A DNA stretch of 32,000 bases from Caedibacter taeniospiralis. Its GTDB lineage: Bacteria; Pseudomonadota; Gammaproteobacteria; Francisellales; Francisellaceae. Where the stretch lies: the NCBI RefSeq assembly GCF_002803295.2, contig NZ_PGGB02000001.1, forward strand, positions 74,290 through 106,289, given 5' to 3'. Positions 9,366-17,772 of the stretch are shown here, piece by piece. The notes under the pieces were generated by a model. That model did no database searches and had not been told where the DNA came from. It worked only from the letters and a program-made list of their open reading frames with translations. Made by a program: the position numbers and the translations under genes. Each line of letters opens with the position of its first letter. Positions within the stretch are counted from its first letter, which is position 1.

Positions 9366-10596
9366 TGAGGTAATCCTTAAAAATCAATGAGGTATTAATT
9401 CCGCCAAAGGCGAAATTATTGCTCATGACAATATTCGTTTTAATCGCTTGTGCGCTACCCATAATATAATTAAGTCCTGCACAGGCTGCATCGACTTCGA
9501 CAAGATTTGCCGTGGGCATAAACAAACCATCTTTCATCATCATGATGCTAAGCCAGGATTCCAGCGCACCACAAGCTCCCAGAGTATGACCGAAATTGCC
9601 CTTCAATGAACTGATCGGAACCTGGTTACCAAAGATTGCAAAAGTTGCCTCACTTTCGGCAATATCCCCTCTATCAGTCGCGGTACCGTGCGCTGAAATA
9701 TAGCCGATATCTTGAGCCTCAAGCTTTGCATCACTTAAAGCAAGTTTTAATGCTTCAACCATTTTCTCGGCGGTGGGCTGGGTGATATGCCTTGCATCAC
9801 AATTGGTACCAAAACCCGCGACTTCGGCATAAATCTTAGCTCCTCGCGCCTTGGCATGCTCATATTCCTCCAGAATCAATGTACAAGCCCCTTCACCAAG
9901 CACGAGCCCATCTCTGTTTTTATCAAATGGTCTTGGCGTTAAGTGTGGGGAGTCGTTCTTTTGACTCGTTGCAAACAAAGTATCAAAAATCGTCACCTGG
10001 CTTGGACATAACTCTTCAGCACCTCCTGCTAACATGATCTTTTGATAGCCGTGCTTAATCGCTTCATACGCATAACCAATCGCCTGTGAGCTTGAGGTAC
10101 ATGCGCTGGATGTTGGAATTACGCGTCCTGTTAGACCAAAAATCAGTGCTATATTAACTGCACAGGTGTGACTCATTGATTTCAAATAAGTTGTTGCACT
10201 GACATTTTTCACCGTGCATTCTGTTCTTATTTTTATCAGATCACACAAGGCTTCAGTACTCCCAGAGCAAGAGCCATAGGCAATCCCAACCTGTCCACTT
10301 TCCAGTAACTCAAACTCTTCCAACAACCCTGCATCCATCAACGCATTTTCACTTGCTACGGTCGCAAGATGGGCTACACGCCCCATTGATCTTAGCTGCT
10401 TACGCGTATAGTGTTCAGGCATTTTAAAATCAAGAATTGGCGCGCCAAGATTGGTATGTAACCCTTGAATCTGTGACCACTTACTCATTCTTTTTATGGC
10501 TGTTTTACCACTAAGCAACGCCTCTTTAATAGTTTCCCAATCACTTCCTAGAGCGCTGACTCCAGCCATTCCTGTAATCACAACACGCTCTGTCAT
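9358..10596 (-). CDS. FabF-type beta-ketoacyl-ACP synthase (second ketosynthase of the cluster)
   Basis: ERVVITGMAGVSALGSDW; catalytic SSACTSSSQAI, SAHGTATDRGD, NFGHTLGA; intact C-terminal NNFAFGGINTSLIF. Start at MTERVV gives a 4-nt overlap with the upstream fabG-like gene. Confidence 0.93.
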   Translation of the reverse strand: MTERVVITGMAGVSALGSDWETIKEALLSGKTAIKRMSKWSQIQGLHTNLGAPILDFKMPEHYTRKQLRSMGRVAHLATVASENALMDAGLLEEFELLESGQVGIAYGSCSGSTEALCDLIKIRTECTVKNVSATTYLKSMSHTCAVNIALIFGLTGRVIPTSSACTSSSQAIGYAYEAIKHGYQKIMLAGGAEELCPSQVTIFDTLFATSQKNDSPHLTPRPFDKNRDGLVLGEGACTLILEEYEHAKARGAKIYAEVAGFGTNCDARHITQPTAEKMVEALKLALSDAKLEAQDIGYISAHGTATDRGDIAESEATFAIFGNQVPISSLKGNFGHTLGACGALESWLSIMMMKDGLFMPTANLVEVDAACAGLNYIMGSAQAIKTNIVMSNNFAFGGINTSLIFKDYLSE

Positions 10597-11321
10597 ATGA
10601 GTCCACCATTGACTGAAATCACTTGGCGCGTGATGTAACTTGCAGCATCTGAGCATAGAAAGTTAATGACAGCGGCGACCTCTTCCACTGTACCCGCGCG
10701 ACGCATGGGGATACGTTTTTCAATTTCGTTTTTGTACTCTAAATCCTTGGTCATATCAGTTTCTATCAAGCCAGGAGCAACGCAATTGACGGTAATTTTA
10801 CGTTTAGCAAGTTCCAATGCCAGGGCTTTAGTCGCACCAATAATGCCTGATTTTGCCGCACTATAATTGACCTGTCCTTTATTGCCAGCCATTCCTGAGA
10901 CTGATGCCAGCGTCACGATTCTGCCACCTGTACGCTGCTGAATCATCGGCATCACACAGGGCTTTAGCACATTGTAGAAGCCATCGAGGTTGGTATGAAT
11001 GACACGATCCGACATATCTTCTTCCATTGCAGGAAACGGCACATCCAGACAAATGCCCGCATTATTAACAACCGCATAAAATGCGCCATTTTGCGCAATT
11101 TCTGCCATCAGCCTCTCTTTACAGGCTGCTCTATCTTGTATATCAAACTGGATTAAACAAGCCTTTCTGCCATTTTCCTCAATGAGGCGAGCGGTTTCTT
11201 TTGCCCCCTTATCATCACGATGGTAATGCACGACCACTTCAAACCCTGATTGTGCGAGCATAATCGCCACACTTTGACCAATGCCTTTACTGGCCCCCGT
11301 TACTAACGCTCTTCTAGTCAA
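10593..11321 (-). CDS. 3-oxoacyl-ACP reductase (FabG-like SDR)
   Basis: ALVTGASKGIGQSVA, NNAGI, GMAGNKGQVNYSAAKSG, NCVAPGLIETDM. Confidence 0.94.
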   Translation of the reverse strand: MTRRALVTGASKGIGQSVAIMLAQSGFEVVVHYHRDDKGAKETARLIEENGRKACLIQFDIQDRAACKERLMAEIAQNGAFYAVVNNAGICLDVPFPAMEEDMSDRVIHTNLDGFYNVLKPCVMPMIQQRTGGRIVTLASVSGMAGNKGQVNYSAAKSGIIGATKALALELAKRKITVNCVAPGLIETDMTKDLEYKNEIEKRIPMRRAGTVEEVAAVINFLCSDAASYITRQVISVNGGLI

Positions 11322-11775
11322 AATTTTTCCCTTGAATAATTTGTTTAAACTCTATCTCACTAGGCTGATACGCACTAAATTTAGCCGATGCCACACATTT
11401 TCCCTCCTGGTGAATTTCACATAAAAAAACTCCCAAAGGATCGCTAATCATCTCTTTTTTGGCAATGACGGTCAAAGTATCCCCTTCATTAAAGCTCACT
11501 TGCTCTGTTTTAAAATTTCTCACACTAATCATAAACCCACGCCTTGGAGCATGTTGCTCTTTATCACCCTGAAAATAGGCAAGGGCAGCGGATGCCTGCG
11601 CCATCATCTCAATGCCAACCCAAGCATAAACCCCCTTGATTTCTTTGTCATAGAAAATATGCTCTGGGGTAATTTTAACCCCGCAAACAGCCTGATCTTC
11701 ATTAACCTGCTCGAAGGTGTCAATCAACCGCATCGGCGGTGATTGTGGGATTATTTCACTTAAATCATACTGCAT
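11314..11775 (-). CDS. Hotdog-fold 3-hydroxyacyl-ACP dehydratase-like protein (FabZ/ApeP-like)
   Basis: IIPQSPPMRLIDTFEQVNEDQ, GVYAWVGIEMMAQASAALAYFQG. Likely start at MQYDLSE rather than the upstream ORF start. Confidence 0.85.
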   Translation of the reverse strand: MQYDLSEIIPQSPPMRLIDTFEQVNEDQAVCGVKITPEHIFYDKEIKGVYAWVGIEMMAQASAALAYFQGDKEQHAPRRGFMISVRNFKTEQVSFNEGDTLTVIAKKEMISDPLGVFLCEIHQEGKCVASAKFSAYQPSEIEFKQIIQGKNFD

Positions 11776-11814
11776 ACTCAGTCCATCACATAAAACAATG
11801 ACTATTGCCAATAA

Positions 11815-12975
11815 TTAAACTGACGTTATTACCACCGAAATACTCATAAAGCAGGGCTTTTCCCAAACGCTTTTATCATTCGTTAATTGGATTGCCGATA
11901 ATTTTGGGTCAAAATGATCATTGTTTACTTGTGCAGGTAACTTTCTCTCAGGGTTATATGCTTTCAAGAGTAAAAGCGCACATAATGCCATCTCCGTCGC
12001 ACTTGCAGCACCCAAAGTGTGACCTGTTAGAGGCTTAGTTGAGCTGCAGCATACGCGATCCGCAAAGACTTCATAAATTGCGCAACTTTCCATCGCATCA
12101 TTTTTGGGCGTTGCCGTCCCATGCGTGTTGATATAGGCAATATCCATGGGCTTAATATTGGCGTCCATGAGTGCATTAAGCATCGCTTGTTTTGCCCCTT
12201 TGCCTTCTGGGTCTGGGGAGGTGATATGATAGGCATCAGAAGTCTCACCGCCGCCTAATAACTCAAGTTCGCTTGAATGCTTACTTAAAATAAATAATGC
12301 CACACCTTCTCCAATATTAATGCCATCCCGATTTTGCTGAAACGGCTGGCAAATACCACTTGAGATAGAATCTAGCGCATCAAAGCCATTTAGTGGCAAT
12401 TGCGATAAGCTATCGGCTCCACCAACAATACACAAATCACACAGTCCTGCCTTGATTAGGTGTTTTGCGGACATAAATGCTTTGCCACTGGAAGAACAGG
12501 CAGTTGAGATCACATAGGCAGGACCTCGGGCAGCTGCAAGTTTTGCAACAAACTCCGCCATTGTGCCAAATTCCTGCTGATGATAATGAAAACTCCTTGG
12601 CATTTGCCCTGTCCTGGCATAATGCTGATAAGCCATCTCTCCTTCTAAAATGCCTGAGGTACTTGTGCCTAAGATCACGCCTATTCTTTCTGGATTCATC
12701 TTGTGTGATAAATCTTCATAGGCGGACTTTATTTCCTGAAATGCTTTAAATAGCAATCGATTATTATGACAGTCAACCTGCTGATATTGCTCTGGCAAAC
12801 TCGTTAGCTGAGCTGTCACTTTTCCCACATAGGTTTTCCTGCCACTAAAGAGCGCATCATATGGAATCAGCACTGCGCGATTCGCCAGTAACGCCCTGGC
12901 AACTTCTTCTTTACCATCACCTAGCGCATTGATCACAGCAAAATCATTAATATAGACATTATTTTTCATATTCAA
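11815..12975 (-). CDS. Beta-ketoacyl-ACP synthase (first ketosynthase); C-terminus appears frameshifted
   Basis: Catalytic motifs VISTACSSSGKAF, NTHGTATPKND, KPLTGHTLGAA are present. The ORF ends ...CFMSISVVITSV, while a +1 frame reads FGGNNVSLII. Confidence 0.9.
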   Translation of the reverse strand: MNMKNNVYINDFAVINALGDGKEEVARALLANRAVLIPYDALFSGRKTYVGKVTAQLTSLPEQYQQVDCHNNRLLFKAFQEIKSAYEDLSHKMNPERIGVILGTSTSGILEGEMAYQHYARTGQMPRSFHYHQQEFGTMAEFVAKLAAARGPAYVISTACSSSGKAFMSAKHLIKAGLCDLCIVGGADSLSQLPLNGFDALDSISSGICQPFQQNRDGINIGEGVALFILSKHSSELELLGGGETSDAYHITSPDPEGKGAKQAMLNALMDANIKPMDIAYINTHGTATPKNDAMESCAIYEVFADRVCCSSTKPLTGHTLGAASATEMALCALLLLKAYNPERKLPAQVNNDHFDPKLSAIQLTNDKSVWEKPCFMSISVVITSV

Positions 12976-13556
12976 TAGTCATTTGTTTGCCCAAAGGAAG
13001 TCATGGACAAAAAGGTTGAAATTTGCCTAAAGCTCACCTCAATATCGCTATACGCGTGACCTTGCCCCGTCTTAATATCGATATTCGCACCTGCAAATAC
13101 CTGTTTAGCAAATTGTATGGGTGTTGTCATATCATCCTCCTGCAGCAATACCAGGTAATTTTTCAAATCTTTCAACGTTTTTGGCATTGCATTAACCAGC
13201 ATCATCGCCTCTTCATACACATGCTGATAGGCAGGAGTTTCCGCGATCAAATCAAGGCGTACGGCGGGATTAATTAAAACCACCTTATCAACATCATCAC
13301 GAAGCTGCTTTTGCAAATGCGCCATATAGCCGCCCAGGGAGCTGCCGATAATTACTTTGTGCCTGGCGTTCGTTCTTGTCAGCAAGCGATCAATTAAGTC
13401 GAATGCTTCTTTGGTCGTCGCTGGCAATTGTGGTGCTTCTATGATCGCGTGAGGATACTGTTGCTTTAACCATACTTTAAGTTTTTGCGCTTTTGGGGAA
13501 TCAGGGGAGCCCTGAAATCCATGTAAATATAAAAAATAAAGGCTGCTATTATCCAT
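12972..13556 (-). CDS. YqiA/YcfP-family alpha/beta hydrolase (putative esterase)
   Basis: YFLYLHGFQGSPDSPKAQKLKVWL, nucleophile elbow IIGSSLGGYMAHLQ, GQGHAYSD. Confidence 0.85.
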   Translation of the reverse strand: MDNSSLYFLYLHGFQGSPDSPKAQKLKVWLKQQYPHAIIEAPQLPATTKEAFDLIDRLLTRTNARHKVIIGSSLGGYMAHLQKQLRDDVDKVVLINPAVRLDLIAETPAYQHVYEEAMMLVNAMPKTLKDLKNYLVLLQEDDMTTPIQFAKQVFAGANIDIKTGQGHAYSDIEVSFRQISTFLSMTSFGQTNDY

Positions 13557-13562
13557 TTTTCC

Positions 13563-15290
13563 TCACAACATGTACTGCCAACAATTAATCAAATGATAGC
13601 CCGTGGTCGATTTTATCAAGTTAAAACCAGGATTACCTGAATAATCGACGTACTCAACAGGTAAATCATGATCGATAAAGGTCGCACTGAATGTATCAAA
13701 CACTGAGGCTAAAGACGCAGATTGTCCGCTCATTGCCAAGTAACGCATATACTCCAGCATCGGCCAAATGCGATATGGCGAGGTTTGTTCATTTTCATGC
13801 AGATTGGGTCTCACGTATCCCTTCGCACTCAAGCCTTGCTTTAAAGTCTGCTCAAAGAGGGTTTTATCATCATCCATCACACTGATATCAACACCTAAAC
13901 TCTTCGCTTCGGTCATTAAAGAGCACCACTCAAAGCTGTGTCCTGGCTCAAATATTTCAGGTTGCTCTTCAATAGAGTACTCACGTATCAGTTTTTTTTG
14001 TGGATCAAAAAACAATACCATGATCTTGCGATACAAGTCTTCGGCTTGCGCTTTAAATAAAGTTTCACGGGTATGCCGAAAAGCCATCAAATAGCCTTCA
14101 AACAAGTGCATCAGTGCATTTTGACCAATCACCCCTGTTTCACTTCTTAAGCGACTAAATTCGTTTTCGATAAATTTTTGGTGAATGCGTGTGTGAACAT
14201 TTAAAATGTCCTCCAACAACGCTTCCTCCTTAAAATTGCCATACAGCTCACTTAGCGAAAACAACAAAAAGGCGTATTCATACGGATCGTTGTCATTTTT
14301 GCAGAGCTTGTCTTTGTACCAACCCTGGCTAACTGAATCAAAATATTCATTTTTGATCATCTGATATAGCTGATAGGCTTTATTAAGTCCCTCTGTTGTA
14401 TTGGTTAAGCGTGCATATGTTAGTAAATAAAACATGCCGCGCGTTTGGCACAATAGTCTCGTGCAATCTGCGTCAATTTCATGGGGTTTATCCAAAAACT
14501 CTGGCACATAACCCAAGTGCTCAATATTTTTAATAAGAAGCTGGTAATAACACTCCATCCAGAGCTGAATTGCCTTTTGCCTGTTTTTCAATTCAATTGC
14601 CGATAAGATTTTATCGAATACCTCTCTGATGCCCAAGTGACCTGTATCGATAATCCACGCATCTTCTGCAGGTCTTAATGGTGCCACGACCCTATTTCTA
14701 TCTTGCCTGTCCCGCGCCTCTAACTGCGCCAAAATCTCGTCATAGTCTGCCTTTTCACCTTTTACTGCAAGCTCGTCAAAACGTCTCTTTGCACGTATTC
14801 TGCTATTTGCTTCAAGAAAAAATTTATGCTTGGCATGAGGAAATACTACCGTTCCCATATCTCTGCCATCTGCCACAAGTCCATTCACACCTTCTGCAAA
14901 GTCCTTTTGACACTGCATTAGCGCATCTCTTACCACAGATATTTTTGCAATCTTAGAAGCCATCATTCCTGTTTGCTCTTCGCGAATGCGGCTACTAACA
15001 TCAACTTCATCCAAATAGGCTTTTGTCTTATCTGCCTCAACCGAGAAACGAATATTCAGCTGCGCTAGCTTTTTTGCCAACATACGCTCATCATCCAATG
15101 GCAACTGGTGATCTAACACATAAAGTGCCGCCAGTCGATAAATTGCACCACTGTCTAGCAGGGCATAATTGAACTTTTGTGCCAATAATCGTGACAATGT
15201 GCCCTTACCCACACCACTGGGTCCATCAATCGTAATAATTTCTACTTTATTTGGCATATTTCTAACCTTAAACTCAAATGCCAAGGGCAT
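13563..15290 (-). CDS. cmk: Fusion protein: N-terminal cytidylate kinase and C-terminal AGE-family (N-acylglucosamine 2-epimerase/mannose isomerase-like) domain
   Basis: Cmk half: IDGPSGVGKGTLSRLLA, LLDSGAIYR, VADGRDMGTVVFPHA, RQDRNRVVAPLRPAEDAWIIDT. C-terminal half: TRLLCQTRGMFYLL, NALMHLFEGYLMAF, EPGHSFEWCSLM, YRIWPMLEYMRYL, STTGYHLINCW, typical of AGE alpha/alpha barrels. Confidence 0.88.
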   Translation of the reverse strand: MPLAFEFKVRNMPNKVEIITIDGPSGVGKGTLSRLLAQKFNYALLDSGAIYRLAALYVLDHQLPLDDERMLAKKLAQLNIRFSVEADKTKAYLDEVDVSSRIREEQTGMMASKIAKISVVRDALMQCQKDFAEGVNGLVADGRDMGTVVFPHAKHKFFLEANSRIRAKRRFDELAVKGEKADYDEILAQLEARDRQDRNRVVAPLRPAEDAWIIDTGHLGIREVFDKILSAIELKNRQKAIQLWMECYYQLLIKNIEHLGYVPEFLDKPHEIDADCTRLLCQTRGMFYLLTYARLTNTTEGLNKAYQLYQMIKNEYFDSVSQGWYKDKLCKNDNDPYEYAFLLFSLSELYGNFKEEALLEDILNVHTRIHQKFIENEFSRLRSETGVIGQNALMHLFEGYLMAFRHTRETLFKAQAEDLYRKIMVLFFDPQKKLIREYSIEEQPEIFEPGHSFEWCSLMTEAKSLGVDISVMDDDKTLFEQTLKQGLSAKGYVRPNLHENEQTSPYRIWPMLEYMRYLAMSGQSASLASVFDTFSATFIDHDLPVEYVDYSGNPGFNLIKSTTGYHLINCWQYML

Positions 15291-15441
15291 TCAACAATAT
15301 ATCTATGAAGAATTTTGCGCCCAATTCTACTATCTATTGTTGAAGAAACCAAACTATACCCATCGCAAATCATGGTCGCCTCATTAAAATTTTGCCCATG
15401 GCACTACCTTGTAGAATCTCGTCAACTATACTTTTTGACAT

Positions 15442-17652
15442 ATGGATTATCAGGATCTGCTGAACATGAATAAAACGGGACATCGTGAACAAGGCAGTGT
15501 ACTACTGATAGCACTCATCATTGTTGCTGTAGTATCAATATTATCAGGTGTTATTTTGTATATGCTGAAAGTCAGTATGGTGCAAAATCAGGCGATTGAA
15601 AACTACAATAATGCGCGCAATGCTGCGTTTTTATCTTTAAAAAATACGATGGAAACAAATGATTACCCCTACACCAATACACCTTTAAGTCCTGTTGTAA
15701 AAAATTATACTTCAAACGCTGAAAACATTACCGTGACTAGTACGGTACCTGTGGATTTAAATGATGCTATCTTTCCCGATCATGCGGCGCTTAATAACGC
15801 CTCCGCCGTGTTGCAATATGGTGTAAATATACGGGTTACTGCACAGGCACAACACCAGATCGAATACGTAGCTATTGTCAATGCGCCCAGCCAATACAGG
15901 CAATTAAATGATTTAACATCGCAAGCAATACAAAATGTGAATATCCCTGCAGTAATTTTGACTAACTTGAATGCTTTACAAAAAAACGCTAACAATACGA
16001 TAGATGACGGGCAGGCAGGATTTCTAGGGACTATCAGTGTGGATAACACAGGAACCGTTGGGGCAGCTGGTTCTGGTAAACAGCTGAACTATAGTCCAAC
16101 CACGGGAGGGAGCCATAGTTTAGAATTTGCAGATAATGGGAATTACAAGCTCGAACAAGGCTGGTATTTAAATGCTGGAGCTTGGCATTGGCGTTTGATC
16201 ATCTATGAGGGGGCGTATGCTTACTATACGGAGATAGCTTTATCTACACTGAAAGCTCAGTCAGGGAGTTTTGCTAATTTAGCCTGGACGCGCCTTCTTG
16301 TGCAAGACATGCTAAGCTCCCCCAATCAATATGACTCAAGTAAAGAATATCCAGCAGGCAGTTATGTGAACTATGCTGGGCAGATTTTTGTGGCGTTAAG
16401 TGAGGTCAACACAGGTCAGAATAAAGACCCTTACAGTAATTGGAGCCAATGGCGATTAATCATCCCATTTGGTACCTATCCAGCATGGAATGCGGATGTC
16501 CAATACTACAAAGGTGATATTATTACGTACAATGGTGTCAAATATGTTGGTACCATGAACAATGGGGTCGGGAAGGGGGATCCTCCCAGTAATGGCTGGG
16601 CAGTGGCGCAGTTTAATCCTGCGCCTTGGCAGAATCAAGTTTATGATCCTGGTGAGTTCGTAACTTATGAGGGCTATACTTTTGTCAACGTCCATAAAAG
16701 TGTCGCGAGCAAAACACCATTTGAAGAGAGTGACCGCTGGAGGGTTGTTTTACCAGAGAATAGTCAGCCACTGGCTTATGATCCCCATATTTATTACACA
16801 GAAGGTTTTAAAATCAGCTATAAGAATAATATTTTTGTAAACACCCAAGGGACAATGGAAAGCCCTGATTCCTCTCAGGCTAATCGGTGGCTTAAGATTA
16901 CGACACCGATATATACAATAAAATGGATCAATATCTTTAATCTCATTTATGGTTTTACCCTCATTCAAACTACCGATGGTACTATTAAAGGGTTCATTTT
17001 TGATAATGTGGGGAATCAGGCGAGTGCGGCAGTGGAGTTAGTGACACTCTCAGATGTGACTCATGCCTATATTTTACCTATAGATATCAGAGCGAATCAG
17101 AATGTAACCAGGTTACTGTTGTTTCTATCCGTGGCTTCGGGACTTAAGCATATTGTTGACATCACGTTAAATTCACAAGCTCAGATCACAGCAAGCACGA
17201 TTATTTACACAAAAGATGATCCAGAGGAACAACTTAGCTATGTTCCACAGGTTTTGTTTAGAGATGAAAGTAGCCATTTTTTGGTCGTGCCATACCAAAG
17301 CTACATCGAGATTTATGTCTATCCCTCTTCATCAACTACACCTTCGGCTGTTTTAAATCGATCAGTTAGTTTTCCAGGGGAAACGCTGAAACAAGTCATT
17401 CCTTTTCAGGGTTTTGTAATGGTGATTACCGAGAGTAATAGCAATCCTCCTAATGGTTTTGCCCATTTTATTGCCTTGAGAGTTAATAAGGAATTTGCCA
17501 CTGTCAATCTAAGCTCAACGACTGGCGTTTATATAACTTACAATCCAGTAACGCAACAAACGCGACTTAACACTTCAACAGACTCAATCGGGATCGAAAT
17601 TCAAGATGCGCCTATGCCTTATGGCGTGATTGGAGTGCGGGCATTGCAATAA
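15442..17652 (+). CDS. Large PilX/type IV pilin-like membrane-anchored protein with four tandem carbohydrate-binding-module-like repeats and a beta-rich C-terminal region
   Basis: N-terminal REQGSVLLIALIIVAVVSILSGVILYMLKVSM resembles the PilX hydrophobic helix. Aa about 294-486 contain four modules with the pattern aromatic-x(n)-Y-x(2)-G-x(2)-V-x-Y-x-G-x(3)-V ... W. Confidence 0.75.
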   Translation: MDYQDLLNMNKTGHREQGSVLLIALIIVAVVSILSGVILYMLKVSMVQNQAIENYNNARNAAFLSLKNTMETNDYPYTNTPLSPVVKNYTSNAENITVTSTVPVDLNDAIFPDHAALNNASAVLQYGVNIRVTAQAQHQIEYVAIVNAPSQYRQLNDLTSQAIQNVNIPAVILTNLNALQKNANNTIDDGQAGFLGTISVDNTGTVGAAGSGKQLNYSPTTGGSHSLEFADNGNYKLEQGWYLNAGAWHWRLIIYEGAYAYYTEIALSTLKAQSGSFANLAWTRLLVQDMLSSPNQYDSSKEYPAGSYVNYAGQIFVALSEVNTGQNKDPYSNWSQWRLIIPFGTYPAWNADVQYYKGDIITYNGVKYVGTMNNGVGKGDPPSNGWAVAQFNPAPWQNQVYDPGEFVTYEGYTFVNVHKSVASKTPFEESDRWRVVLPENSQPLAYDPHIYYTEGFKISYKNNIFVNTQGTMESPDSSQANRWLKITTPIYTIKWINIFNLIYGFTLIQTTDGTIKGFIFDNVGNQASAAVELVTLSDVTHAYILPIDIRANQNVTRLLLFLSVASGLKHIVDITLNSQAQITASTIIYTKDDPEEQLSYVPQVLFRDESSHFLVVPYQSYIEIYVYPSSSTTPSAVLNRSVSFPGETLKQVIPFQGFVMVITESNSNPPNGFAHFIALRVNKEFATVNLSSTTGVYITYNPVTQQTRLNTSTDSIGIEIQDAPMPYGVIGVRALQ
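16321..16899 (+). repeat. Four tandem degenerate protein modules (about 45-48 aa each) inside the 736-aa ORF
   Basis: YPAGSYVNYAGQIFVAL...WRLI / YYKGDIITYNGVKYVGT...WAVA / YDPGEFVTYEGYTFVNV...WRVV / YYTEGFKISYKNNIFVNT...WLKI. Confidence 0.85.
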
Positions 17653-17772
17653 CAGCTTAGTACCATACCCCATAAATAACACCAAAAGTACTCCTGTGTT
17701 TGCGATGGGTATATACATTCAACTTCTTATCTTTTACTATGACTGCTATTTGTTGTATCTATTTCAAAAATA

